Assembly: GCA_036172245.1 (NCBI GenBank)
Contig: JAYWIR010000010.1
Coordinates: forward strand, 1,984,001-2,048,000
DNA length: 64,000 bases
Direction of reading: 5' to 3'
Origin: Raillietiella orientalis
Taxonomy: Eukaryota
The notes below the pieces were generated by a model. The model was not told the origin of the DNA. It worked only from the letters and a program-made list of their open reading frames with translations, and did no database searches. Shown here in pieces: positions 25,401 through 38,319 of the stretch (position 1 is its first letter; the number at the start of each line of letters is the position of its first letter). Both the position numbers and the translations under genes were made by a program.

Positions 25401-26029
25401 TAGAGAATAAAACAACATTGCAGCAGAACACTGCTGAAGAACTTCCGTCTGCTACGTCGGTGGTGGACGGAAACACGTGGTTCGATTCAGCATGATAAGA
25501 TCCTCATTAAACTATTTGCCTTATGGAAATCCAAATCGTTATCTGCACTTGAATTTAATCGTCTTAATGAATAACCGGGGATTGCGGTCGTCCCCAATAT
25601 CTCATCCCGCTCGGTGAGTAAAAGTGTACATTTCATTCGAACTCGTACACCGAAATGTAAAAAGATTCTGCATTGATCCGCTCACACGAATTCATCGCTG
25701 ATTCACAGCGCGGTAGTTCATCAATCATTGCATTCACCCATGCACATTCATCAATCAATTGACAAATCCCAGAGAAAGGTTCACCTGTTCATCCGGCGTC
25801 AAGTCTGCTATTCAGGGGGAGGTGCATGTTTCCTGCTGACATCCGGTCATGCCGAGGAGTTCGTTCTGTAGTGTTGTATTTGCAAGCACGTGGTTATTCG
25901 TCGGGAAAAAGTCATTCATCCTTAACCCTGATACCGTATTCTACCACATTCTTCCGTTTCCAGGAGGCGTTCCTAGTCCGCCCACCAAGACCTGCTTAAG
26001 AAAAACGGGAGGGCAGTAAAAAGTGTGTG

Positions 26030-26330
26030 TGACTGCGACTGCCGCGGCAGGTTCCGTTGCACTTGGCACGAAGAGGTGCTTCCTCCTCCGTGGAGGAACG
26101 TTCCCAAGCACTCCGGAGCGCGACGCGCTCCACTGACAGGTGAGGGAAGGACTCGGCTCCACCACATCTGGCACTGCTCGGATCGATGCTCCTCCTTGTC
26201 CCGTGGCGTCGGCGAGCGTCGCAGGGAGTGTCCGGTGCAACAGTCGCAGTGGCCCATCCTGCCACTCCAGGGCCGTCGATCCCTCACCAGGGTTCCCAAG
26301 AGATACGACCAGATGAAAAGGGGACAGTCA
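26030..26330 (-). mobile_element. LINE CCHC-region fragment
   Basis: ARCGGAESFPHLSVERVALRSAW is homologous to the family A/B zinc finger. Confidence 0.6.
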
Positions 26331-26399
26331 AGCGTCGAAGCGTTGTCCGCACTGGCGGCCATGCTGCCGCGATCCTCGATGTTTGCTCTCCTTCTTTTG

Positions 26400-26620
26400 A
26401 CGTCCCTATTTCGGCACCGTTGTTGAGCGTTCGTGAGTGTAGGTGGCTTTCAATGTTGGTGCTTTTCCTTTGACCTCAAGTCCCAGATCCGGCTGTCTGG
26501 AAGCCCCGGATTCCCGATGCTTTTCGATATGGGCCATCAGCTCTTCGTGTTTCTTCATGGACCCAACATTCGGGATGCGCAATGGAGGCACCGGATAGGG
26601 TCACCACTCTTAATGGAAGA
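26400..26620 (-). mobile_element. RLE-type non-LTR endonuclease fragment
   Basis: HC...KKHEELMAHIEK...RQPDLGLEVKGKA, an RH..PD-type motif; similar to 62940-63260. Confidence 0.55.
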
Positions 26621-28274
26621 ACCCTTGAGAATCACAGCCTCGTCACAAGAGCGAGTTGAAGAGGACAAACAGACAGAGGAGACGGCAGTCAAGATTTGCC
26701 ATTTGTCTTCACCTTCCTTTCTTGACACGGATGCATCCGCAGCGAAAATGAAAGAATGGCGTTTCAGCGCACTTGAAATAAGTCGGTCGTCTTGGTCCCT
26801 CTTCGCTCATCTGGAGCCACTCAAGGGAAAGTGCTTTTGGAATGGCAGTCTCTAAACAACACTTTCAGAAACCGCCATGAGAATGATGTTGAGACGGAAG
26901 CAGGGGCTGCCGCTTCTCACGAGTCCTTGAAGAGGGAGCGAGGAGGAACACCCCTCGCTCCAGCAAATTCATCTGCTACATCCGTGCCAGACGTGCGGGA
27001 GGTGCCCCTTGCTCTGCGATCACTCTTCGAATTGACTTTCAAGAACCCTTACGGCGCTTTCCCGCAAACTCATGCTCCAGCCTGATGACGCATCCCGTCA
27101 TAACGGATTCTTCTGTGAGCCCTTTCAGTGACAGTTGGCACTATGGCTCCATGCTAGGATTATTGATCAAGCACCCACGTGGGAATCCAATGACTGGGTA
27201 ATTCTTCCCCGCACTGTTCTTGACTTGTTTCACCCTGAGCGGCTCCCGGTACGTCTCTGATGCCGCTCTGTACCACGAAGGCCTCTAAGGGATGCAGCTC
27301 GGAGGTTTTTTTGAGGCTCATCCCATGGTTTATCTCGATCGGTTTGGCTTAGTGGCTCGCTGGAAACGTGCACCGAAAAGTAAAGAGAGCCATCTGTCTT
27401 CCTGATCAGCATCCAGCCGGAGATGACCCGGTTCACGTGCAGATCAAAGAGGGAGGGTGGCACGAGCTATAGAAACTGAAAAAAAAAAGAAAAAAAGCTG
27501 ACCAGGAGCTGGCAAACTGTGGATGGGATGCGAGGGTCTTTGTGATACGACGAGCACCTCCAGCTAGGGAGTTCATCCGATCTCCCTTTTCATCTGCAGT
27601 GGTGGTGTCTACAGTGGTGGTGTCTGCTCTCCTTCTGCCTCGCTTCTTCCATCGCTCTGGAGACTGTCATGTATCTCAAACCACATTTAGGACGTGAAGG
27701 GGTCGAATGGAGAGAAGATGGAGTTTATCATGATCATTTGGTGTTTGATTGATTTGGTGTATCAAAGGTTCTCTTCCCCTGGAGAGCCAAATCCCGGTCT
27801 CAGTCTAGAGTCTATTTCTGGGATGAGCCAGTCCCCAGTTTCCATCGTTTCCAAGGCAGCTCCCGAAGGGATCTGCTTTGCATTTTCTCCGAGTTGTTCG
27901 ATTATCATCGTTTGGTGGCTACAGGTGCAGCGATCGACGATGCGACGTTGGGACCATCCTCCTCCCCTATTCCATACCTGCACCTTCGGTCGGCTCCGTC
28001 CTTGAGGAATGCAGCCAGCCGGCTCGGGGTCGTTTCTGCTGCTCTCGACTGCAATCTCTTTTCCAGTCCAAAGAGAGCAGGAGCTTTCCCGGAGTCCGCA
28101 TCCTCGGTTTCAATACGATGCGCGCAAGCAGCAGCATCCGGATCCAAGGACGCTCTCTGCTTCGTCCGGGAGCAGCGCGTTTCCAAATCTCCCCCGTCGG
28201 CGTTCCACTTTGACGGATCCACAGCTGCCCGATTTCACACCCTCTCAAAGACACCTGGACTCGCACTGGATGAC

Positions 28275-29165
28275 TATCACCCGGTTATGATTATAAATAC
28301 ATTTGCGTGGTAGAACACGTGGTTCTACCACGTGCATGAACCTGCCGAAGAGCGGTACGCAGACTGGCGAGATCCGCTTCGGCAGCGTGGGGGAGGGGAA
28401 AACACACACACAAAAAAATAAATACACAAAAACAGGGGAGAGGAAATTTTACACGGGGAGGGAGGGGAGAACCGAGGAAGGGATCGTCATACGCGGAGGC
28501 GTCCTCTGCATCCTGTCCAGGATGCTGGCAAGTTCCGTTGTTTGTTCACCCGCGTGGAGTCATCTCGACGCGGTCCTCAGGAAGATCCACGCCCAGTGGA
28601 TGGCGTTCCCGTCATTTCGGCCCCTTTTTCTGGAGTTCCAGACCACCGCCATCCCGCGGAGACAGGAGGAGGGAACTGCAAGGAATGCAGCTGGCGGCGG
28701 CAGTGCGGCGCGCACGAAGAGGCGTCTGAAAATGTGCCTGGGGCCGCCCACCGGCATTCCTAGGATCGTGGCGAGGCGATCCGAAAGGGATCGGAGGGCA
28801 TCACAGTCCAGCAGAAGGTGCGGGAGGGTCTCCATCTTCCCGCACCTGTCCCACTTTGCACCCGCCCTCCCCCCGCGTCCAGCGGTGAAGGCACGCTTTG
28901 CACGGGATTCCCCCATGCACCACTAGCAACGACGACTCCTGCCACTCGAGGGGGAGGGCGGCACTGTTCCAGAAGGCTGAGGACTGCTTCACCTCCTCCG
29001 GAGGAATGTCGAGCAGCAGCTCTCCCCACTCGGGGTCGCATCACCCGTCACTTCCCGAGTTGTTCACGCCCCCAGGGAAGTTTCTTCTTTGCTGCTATGC
29101 GGTAAGTCACTTCCCACCTTGCCGGGATCACGCTGTCTCTTGCGTCCAGAGCTGGATGATGGAAT
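28275..29165 (-). mobile_element. LINE family B 3' segment fused to the SINE tail
   Basis: ARDSVIPARWEV, CGKMETLPHLLLDC, ELASILDRMQRTP and the 3' UTR hairpins. Confidence 0.8.
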
Positions 29166-29194
29166 TGGGGTTCTTCTGTTTCTGCTGCTTTCCT

Positions 29195-29935
29195 TTCAGC
29201 TTTTTCATCAAGTGCTGAAGAGCCACTCACTGCCTTATGGGGGCTCACGGAGCTCTCTTTGACGCTGTCCACGCCACCAGGGAGTGCGTGCCACTCTTCG
29301 AGTTATACGGGGTACCCCTTGAAGGGACCATCTTGCCAGAATCCGGGAAGGCTCCGGAGGAAAGGAGTCTGCGCCTCTTACGCTTGGGAGGCAACCCCGG
29401 AGGGGCCACTCGTTTCTTCTCCAGTGGGAATCCGGAAGGGATCCTCTCTTAGAATTTCTTCTCCTGAGGGAACTTGCAAGGAAACCTCTCCCTGTTCTCT
29501 CCTTTGAAGAGAATCCCAAAGAAACACTCTCCAATTTCTCTGGAGGGAGCAGAGCGCTTCTGACACTCTGGAGGGATCCACCAGCTCCATAGCACGAGAT
29601 TAAGGTACGCTGTTGGAGGGTCCCATCCGAGAGGAGCGGACTGCTCCGTTTGCGTAACAGGAGGGAAACCCCGAAGGGCTCCTTGGATTCTCGAAGGACT
29701 CTGGAGGGTCATCTTCCAAATCCCAGCCAGTCAACGGGGCACCTGGAGGTTTCGGGCTTCCGCCAGTGCCTCACCCGGAGCCTACAAGCCAACCAGCGTC
29801 ACCCTGCGGAGGGACTCAAAACCAGTGATGCACCCCGCATTCTCGACATCAATCCTTTCTTCCCCGGGCAAGATTCGAACCCGCAGCTCTTGGCACCACT
29901 CATGGAGACCTTGGTCACACGGCCACCAACTCTAG
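29195..29935 (-). mobile_element. VNTR SINE copy 3
   Basis: Head TGGCCGTGTG..GGGTTCGAATC, VNTR at ~29350-29560 and the conserved tail. Confidence 0.8.
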
Positions 29936-31299
29936 CCTGATGGAAGGGAGTGGTCGCCTGTGAAAGGAGTGAGTGAACCACCATCAACCACCATGTAGTC
30001 GAATCTTCCTTTTTGTTTTTGTTTTTTGTTTCTTTCATCTGCCGCCTTGCAAACCAGAGTGAACATCTGCAGACAGCTGCAAATAGCGAGCGAGAAGGTG
30101 CAGAAAGGAAACGGAAATGAACCATTATCCTCGAAAAATCCCAGGAGAAGGACAGAGCAGCGTTTCCCGGATAAGGGGTTTCATCCATCCGAGTCCTGTT
30201 CGAAGTCCCGAAGCGTCCCCATCGAAAATGCGTTTGCAGGCATGATGGGAGTAGCCAATTGCCCCAGAGGGCAGTTCGCTCCTCAGGTCTCTCGGGGATT
30301 CCTCAAGGGTGAAATGTGACACCCTTGAGGAGGAAGGACAGTCTGCTCTCACAGTGCGGAAGTGAAAGCTGTTGCCACACGTGACCCACACGGCCGTCGC
30401 ATCGACCTCGGCGATCTCGGCTTCTGAGGGCGTCCAGATGCCGGACGAAATCGTCCGTACATGCACTTGGTACAGCAAAGACAGGACAGCTGGATTGGAT
30501 CCACGTGGGGATTCTCCACGGTTCGGTGCTTCGAATACCTCGTTGCACCGCTGGAGGATTTCTCCCCAGCGGAGGCGTGGTCCAGCTGACTTCAGAAGGC
30601 AGAGTCGTCCCGTAACAGGATGGCAAGTTTATCCAGATGGAATAGGCCACCATGTGAAACACGTTTGTGGCCCCCGCCCTTCGACCCCTGCTCTTTGTTT
30701 GGCCCCCTCCTGGTAGCGTAAAGGAGCGGACCTCGGTCCTTCTGAGGAAAGCCTTCCCGTAGGGGCAAGCAAGGGCACTCAGGGATCCCGTATCCGCTTG
30801 AAGGACTTGTGCAAACAAGTCCTGACACTGGAGGAGGGGATGGAGTGTGAGTTCCGAAGAACGATACTGTCGGCAACGTTCTGGAGCACCCATCGGTAAG
30901 TGTCTTCCCGGATCCCGGCCAAGCGAGGAGCCGGCAGGGATGAGCAGTCTGAGATGACTCGACCCGCCCCTTGTTTGCAGCTACCGACGAATGACGCGAT
31001 GAGGCTGTCGGCAGATGGTTGCATTGGAGTAGGACCAGACCTGAACGGCTCGCCGATGGACTGCGGCTCCTGAAGATATGAAACAGCTCAGGCGTAGGTG
31101 AGGATCAGTGGCGCGAGAATGGGAGAAGCTCATCGCCTGCTGTGCTCCAGACACGCTCGCTGCTCGTCGAAGATGATGGACTGCCCTAGGAAGACCCTGC
31201 GGTCCCAGCTAACCCTTCCTGCTACGCCATCACCCTTGAGGGATAGCCAAAATAGCCAGGCGGCCATCTGCCTGCAAGATGAGAGAGAAACTCCGGGAT

Positions 31300-31920
31300 C
31301 GCAGGAAAGAAGGAGAAGCTAATGGGATGCTTGACTGCACGTCCCTCCCTGCTGTCCTGCTCAAAGGACTTCTCCGCCGGATGGATCTCCTTGGAATCTC
31401 GTTGGAGGCAACGGAGATCCACACGGTGTTCCACGACAGCTTTTTGCTTCCCCTGAAGTGGCAGGACTCTTCGTTGGGACTGCTGCATTTTGGACCATCC
31501 TGTGCAACACGCGTCTTTTCCACTGGACCAGGGAAAGTGCAGCCCCCGAGTGAAGGGGAAACGTCGACGCGCCTGTTTTTGCCCTCCGGCGTGTGGGGCG
31601 ACATCTGATCACGTGACTGAGCTTCCTAGAAGGCCGTCCTAGGGCCTCATCCACATACCTCCTCACGTGTGGCTCCTGCCGCAACGATCGCAGCTTTGCG
31701 CTGCGTCAGCGAAACCGCGGCGGCCAGAAGCCCCAGCGACGGAGGCCGTAACCTTCGTCTTCTCGTTCCTAAGGATCCGATTAGATGTCCACACCTGAGG
31801 AACAACCAGGAGGAACAACTTGCCGGCATCCTCGAGAGGATGCGGAGGCCTCCAGGGAGCACTCTGTAACGTCTTCCCTCCCTCCTCCCCCTCCCCCCCT
31901 TCGCAAGCATTCCAGTAATT
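31300..31920 (+). mobile_element. LINE family B 3' fragment
   Basis: GLLRRMDLL..LPLKWQDSSLGLLHFG and QLAGILERMRRP. Confidence 0.7.
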
Positions 31921-32759
31921 TTTTTTTGGTTTTCTTTCCTTTCCTCCGAATTTCCCTGAGTGGCACCTCTTCCGGCGACCGCTCCGAGTAGAGGACTCCT
32001 CCGGAACATCCGTGAGCGGTGGTACGCATTGCTGCCACGGATGAGTCGCTGAAATTTCCGTCTTCTTGCAGCGGACGCGCCTGCGCAACTGGGTGAGGGG
32101 GCAGCGGGGGCTTGCCGGCAAGGGAGGGAGCAATTCCTCGCGCCCGCTGCCGGAAAGCAGCAGGGACCAGAGAGCGAAGGTCCGCCTGTGTGCTTTGACT
32201 GGTGAGTCCAGCCGTTGGGCGGGGGCGACCGCACCAGAGGACAGGGCAGGTGGGGGAAGAACCGCCTGCTGTTCCAGCCCCGGCTGCGAGACTGCTCCTC
32301 TGCTCGTCCGTAGCAGCCTCCCCACGCCGCCTTCCACCTCTGCTTCGAATTCGGGAACGCAGTCCCCATCTCCGGACATCCCGGTCACGTGGTGCCGGAC
32401 GCGGTGGCGCGATCGCGCCCTCCGGAACAATCCCTCTTCCCGCAGATTCTACCCTGTGTCCTGTTGCCGCGGGAGGTGGCTTGCGCGCCCATCTAATAGG
32501 ATCTGTCAAGCCCTTTTGAATGGACTCCTGGGCCCGGAAATCTCGCATTCCTCTTTCCCTTGCCGGCAGAAGCGCGTGAGCCCAGGGGTGGACGCGGGAG
32601 ACCTGGAAAGCTGGCGCGAAGCGGGACGGGAAGTGAGGGAGCAAAAAACGCCAACGTGACGTTCCTGATCGGGAATTCCGGGTCAAACGTTCCAGGGGGC
32701 GCTCGCCACGTCGGAGCAACGCTCTCCTAGCCCCACGTGAGTAAGAAATCGGTAGTCGG

Positions 32760-33283
32760 GCAACGACGACCTCAAAGTGATCTCGACGCGGGCGCAGCTG
32801 CTCGGAAGAGAGAAGTTTATCTGCCTCTTGCACGCGGAAGGCGGACGCGGCGGCCGCGAAGAGCCTGCTGGAGAAGCAGCAGGAGCTGGACCGCCTCGTG
32901 GAGTCGCCGTCTGCCTGCCCTCCGACGCACTGTCCACCGTCGCCGCCGCCAGGGCGCTCAGGGCTGAGCTGGAGGAGGTCCAGGCCGGGATGGGCGTCAT
33001 GAACGTCGGATCAATAAGGGAGGCCGCGCGCATTAGCAAGGTCGAGGAGTCGGTGCCCGTCAACACCAACTATCTGGACAACCGCAGTTTGGTCATCATG
33101 GGCCTGGAGAGGCTGCAAGAGTTCCACCCTGAGGCTGTTCAAGCTGCTGTCCGAGGTAGAGGGCAGTGTCGATGCCAACACGAGCGACTTCCGTGGGAGC
33201 TAGCCAACGTCGACTTCAATCTCAGTCAGATGTCGGCGTCCCTCAACGTCAAGAAGAAGGACCAGGTCGACCTGAATGACTGA
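32760..33283 (+). pseudogene. Frameshifted coiled-coil gene fragment, possibly dynamitin/DCTN2-like
   Basis: Strong G/C third-position bias in shifting frames. AKSLLEKQQELDRLV and LERLQEFHPEAVQ/FKLLSEVE loosely recall the DCTN2 C-terminal half; similarity is from memory only. Confidence 0.3.
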
Positions 33284-33579
33284 ATGAGGTGCGCAGGGAG
33301 AGCGACCACCTCCTCCTGGAGAGGACCACAACCAGGTGTTCAACCATCCGCTGCAAAACTGCGAGAGCGCTGTCTTTGCCTTCCCGCGCTGCAGCAGCCG
33401 AGGAGATTTCGAATCCTGGTCTGTCCTTGGGACCCGTGGAAGGATCAGCGGAGGAGAGACCTTGGAGGCCACTACTGGCTGCGGAATCCCTTGCGTGGCA
33501 TCCCTTGCGGCGATCTCCCCGTTCGTAGCAGGAAGCCCTCATGTCGGCCACGAGAAGGGGGGCTTCCTTGTTTGTTTGT

Positions 33580-34500
33580 TTTTGTCATCCAGTCACGCGA
33601 AGGGGGTTATTTTATGAAAAAAAGATAAACCAGTTGGGAACACGCTAGTTCCCAACCTAAGACAACGAAGGTTCAAGGGGAGGGTCCACTGACACGCAGT
33701 CTGGGATGACGGAAAGTCTGGAACGGGGGAAGGACAAGGAAACAAAAATAAATGAATAAATAAAATAAATTGGTGAGATGGGTCAAGGATCTTTGAGTTC
33801 GTTCCGTGAGCACCAGGATCAAACAAAAAAACTCTGGAAAAGATACGGAGCGAATGGGGATGGGGAATGAGAAAAGAAAGTAAAGGGAGGGAGGGAACCA
33901 TGGTCACCAGGGTCCGCTGTTCCTGACTGTCCGCCAACCAGAGGTGGAAACGCCGATGTCCTCCTTCGCTTCCTTTTCCAGGTGAGGCCACCTTGCAATG
34001 TCCCTGATGTAGGCAGCTGTCATCCTGGTGACCTCCCTTCGCTGTGTGGTGATCTCCAGCACACGTCGGGCAGTGACGATGGCACGGATCCAACCTCATG
34101 GTTAGGACCACCGCGCTCGTCTAGAGCCCTCCCGGCGGGAGGAACCACTGCAGCACATCTCGAGCGGTGTCCTGGTGCAGGACTGTTCCTTCCAGCCTCC
34201 TCCACGGTTCCTGGATGGCACCGCAGTCCAAAGGCAGGTGCGGCGGAATCGGCTCCGCCGACCCTCACCGAGGCACGGCTCGAGGATGCAATTCCTGCAG
34301 AAACTTGGTGCCGCCGCTCGTTGCACTGGAATCCCCAGTACAGGAAGAGCAACACGTCCCGTTTCCACGAGAGCGGGAACACTGAACCGTCCAAACAGTG
34401 GGGAAGGACCACAAGTTCTTCGGAGGCGATACTCAAGAGTTCGCCCCACCGAAGGAGTCCCGTCGCTACAGCACGCGAAGTGGCAACATACGCCAACTCA
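33580..34500 (-). mobile_element. LINE family A 5'-truncated copy
   Basis: GLLRWGELL..FPLSWKRDVLLFLYWG. 3' UTR hairpin GTTGGGAAC/GTTCCCAAC at 33633-33656. Confidence 0.75.
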
Positions 34501-34509
34501 ACCATTTCA

Positions 34510-34990
34510 CTACGTACTGCGTCACCACTTCCGACGGCGCCTCACGCCGGCCGCATCCCTAGCATCAGTTTGCTGCCTACGCAGGATCGTAGCTTCATGG
34601 AGCAACGCCAGATGAGGCCAAAACGACAGGGACGCCATCTATTGTGATGCCCTCTTCATGAGGACAGCGTCAAGATGGGCCCATCTGGGAGTCCTGAAAC
34701 AGAAACTTGCCGGCATCCTTACAAGGATGCAGAGGACAACCTCCAGCACACAGCGATCCCTTTCCGAAGCCCCCTTCCCCCCATTTTTTGACTGTATGTT
34801 TTTTGTTCTTTTTCTTTTTGTTTGCCTCCCCTTCCCCTGTGCTGCCGAGGCGAAACCCGCTGACCTGCGCGCCAGTTCCCGGCAAGTCCCTTCCCTCAGT
34901 CACAAGTAACGTGGCAGGATTAAACGTTCTGCCACAGACATGGATGTTTATTTCTTATAAATAAACGCTCCGGCGTGACCGGGTGTCAAC
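34510..34990 (+). mobile_element. LINE family B 3' fragment
   Basis: KQKLAGILTRMQRT plus the full four-hairpin 3' UTR. Confidence 0.8.
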
Positions 34991-35849
34991 CACTTGGAAC
35001 GGTCGTGGCAACAGTGGGTCTCAGGGAGTGAAATACTTCAAAGCGCATTTCCTGGAACGCAACCCAGGACTCGACGGTCTCCAGCCGCCAAGTGTTGTAG
35101 GTCATTGGGCGCCGGCTGTTCCATAAAAGCGAGAGGGCATTCCTTTACCTTGACATACGACCTCGATTGCTTTTAGGAAGAGCTACATTTGAAGACCAAG
35201 AGCGTCAAGGAGACCTCGGAGCCACGCGCGTGCCCGTTGTGCGGCTTCCATCTTGAAGAGGGAATTCCGCAGCCGCACGGATACAGCAAAAAGGGGATTA
35301 TGGACGGTGATTCCTCTTCAAACCGTGCGTTCGGGAGGAGGATTCTCATAGGAAGGCGCTCCTGCGTGCATCGCGTCCGAAGGAGGTGGCGACTCTCTTA
35401 AATTCCGCAAACCCTGAGGGAAAATGGGTTTCGACTGGGAGCCGCCCTAGCTGCTTCAAAGGGTCGCTTTTCCCTCAGTTCACTCTGCCCGCAGGCCAGA
35501 ATCTAAGGCAGTCGGGATCGGGTAGGAAGGAGGGGACGATAAAAAGGCGGGAAGATAGGAACTTTGGTTTCAGCCCCTACTTTCTTCCTAGAGCTGGCTC
35601 TGAATGCTGGTGGTCTCCCAGGAGACTTCTTCTCGCAGGAGAGGCCACCTTTCAGCCATCCTCATAAAAGAGGCTACCACATGGGTAACCTCCCTTCTCT
35701 GCTAAAGAGAATCCAGCACATGTCGGGCTGTTGACCACGGCGCAGAGACGACAAACGGGTCACCGCAATCACGGCGTCAGCCCGCCTCCCGTGAAGAAGC
35801 AGCGCCGCAACGAGTCCTTGGCCGTGTCTTCCGGGTAGTGGACCACCGT

Positions 35850-36200
35850 AGCGCGTCTCCGCCCCAAGCCCTCCTCCGGCATGCTATGGTCCAGCAAGTT
35901 TCGGTGGTCTCGCACCTGGAACAGTTCGGAGAGTCGGATGTCTGCTCTGGTTGAGCCGGAGTCCCCAGCTCAGAGACAGCAGAAAGTCCCGTTTCCATGG
36001 CGACGGGAGCACCGTACTATCTCGGCGTCAGTTAATTCCTTTCCACCGAGCAGGTCACCCCGCCGAAGGAGTCCCTTGGCCTGGGACGAGTAGTGGAGGC
36101 CCGCTCCTGCTCGTCCTGCAGTCGCCCTGCAACTCTGCAGGGCGACTCCCGCCCCCGCCGGCTGGCTGCTATCCTCGCGTGTCCCGAAGGCAGATTGTGC
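35850..36200 (-). mobile_element. LINE pre-CCHC and CCHC fragment
   Basis: GLLRRGDLL..LPSPWKRDFLL and PNCSRCETTET. Confidence 0.6.
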
Positions 36201-38319
36201 AGCGGCAAGGGGCGAGACGATAAACCAAGTACGAGATCCGTTCGGAACTCCCGAACCCGGAGGCTGTCAAGTGCGCGTCACATTCCCTCAAGTCTTGTTC
36301 TATAAGTGATCTGGGAGTACACGTGACTGCTCTGGACAGGTCATCGGCGCACTCTTAATCTCATGGGAGCTGATGGTCGTGGCAGAGGCGCGTTTTCTTT
36401 GTCTTCTTGCACAGCAGTGTCTGCTTCGAAAGCATAGTCATAGGCGCTTTTTATCATCTCTGTTGGATGCTCACCGTCCCGGTCTTCTGTGAGAAAATGT
36501 GTGTGGCACGCCTGAACCACACTCTCGAGCACTGAGCCGGTAGCTCGAGTAAGATTTCCGAAGATCACAATGCGCTGTTGGTCCGGATCAATAGCACCGG
36601 GAGCTAATGACCTCGAAGCAACTGGTCCCGAAAACAGATCCGAAAGTGAGGCCGTATCATATGCTGCGGAGAGGCGGAAAGGTGACCATACTGGACGCCG
36701 ACTTTCCCTACGAAACGTACCTCGCAGTTCCAACGGAGGCGAGACAGCCATTGATCCGAGCACTGGCTCCCTGTTTTGCTGCTAGAGGCACGCCTGCGCC
36801 AGCGTACCCCTCCACTTTCTTAGGATCCTCGGAGATCTGGGGAACGGCGAACAGGAATCGGAGGACTCAACTGGGGAAAACACCAAGAGAAAGCGTACTG
36901 TCCCCGGGAAGACCTCTGACTGGACCTGAGGGAAGGTCGAGTTACCTATGAAACCAGATGCAGGTTGTCTCTTCGGAAGCCGGCCCGCAGAATTGCGTGG
37001 TTCCAGAAAAAGGGGAGAAGAGGACGAGCACCGAGTCCTGACCATTAGCTCATCCTCGAGAAGATGGCCCGTTCCCAGGGAGCTCCCTCGTGGCTCTTGG
37101 GATCCTAAAGAGGTGAACTGACCACCTGAGGGGGAAAATGACCTCCAGTAACAACCAACGCTTCCTCTGGATCCGACGAGGGATGCTGCGACCTTCCTCA
37201 TCATCCCAATAGAATTATCCTGGGACGCACGCTGGAAGTTGCAAGAAAGACCACCTGTCGAGAGGAAGCCATCCTCAAGAAGTGCAGCCAAAGGAAGAGG
37301 AGATGAAGAAGCCAGATGGATCGCAAAGGAGGGGTAGGGACTCCTAGAGTCCTCCCTAGTCGTTCCTTTCGTGGATAAATGTCCCGCTGGAGCACGCTTT
37401 CCAGGTGGCAAAGTGGATGCCAATCCCCTGTTTGGATTCTCCGGCGGAATCGGAAATCAAATCCACCGACCCCTAACAGCACTTGGATCGAATCCCTCAT
37501 GTCGCTCCTTGGACGTGAAGGGAGTTCCCTGCACGCCTTTGGAATGCGCGGAGCTGCTGACTTCACTCGCGTCTCTGGCTTGACGCAGATGACTCGCAAC
37601 CGCCTCTTCCTTATGCCGCCTCCCAGTCGTGGGGGATAACCAAAGGACACATACCGTCTCGCCCCTACTGTCCAGGTGCGACATCCTTCCGGTTTCGCGC
37701 AGGCTTCTCAAGGCTGCCCGAGATGCTCAATAATGGTGGCTAGCATCCAGGAAATTCCATGAGGGGCTGCTCGCCTCCCCTCTCCATGAAATGCGTGGGA
37801 GGGTTTGTCTCCGAGTACAGGAGGTGAGGGGCTCCAAGAGGGATGAGGCTTTTCAGTCATCTCATCCCCTTGGGAGCGCCGTGACTCGGATAGCCCTAAC
37901 GTCTTGTTAGGGGAACCGCGAGAGGGTGAAAGTGGGTCTGCGCGATTCCATTGGACAGTTGCAGAGCACCCCTAAGATGCGCGAACATCCCTGCTGCAGC
38001 CTTCGGTGCATCCCGAAAGCTGCTTGCGAGGAAGAGATGCTCATCTCTAGCCCGGAAACGTCCCCATCCCTTGGCGCTCCTCACCGCGGAGGGACGGTGA
38101 CGCGTCGCGTTTCGAGGGAGGCCCCAGTGCTCCCACCAGCAAGACGGCGGCGCACCGGTTGCCAAAGCAAAAGCGCAGAGGCGGCATTTCCATCGAAGCA
38201 GCCCCAGGATGTAGAAGTTTCCTCAGGGAATTCCGAAGGAAATTCCGCCCTCGCGGGCCCGAGAGAGCCGGGGAGGGTGCACTCTCCTTGAACACCAGCC
38301 GCACCCCCGCTCTCCACCT

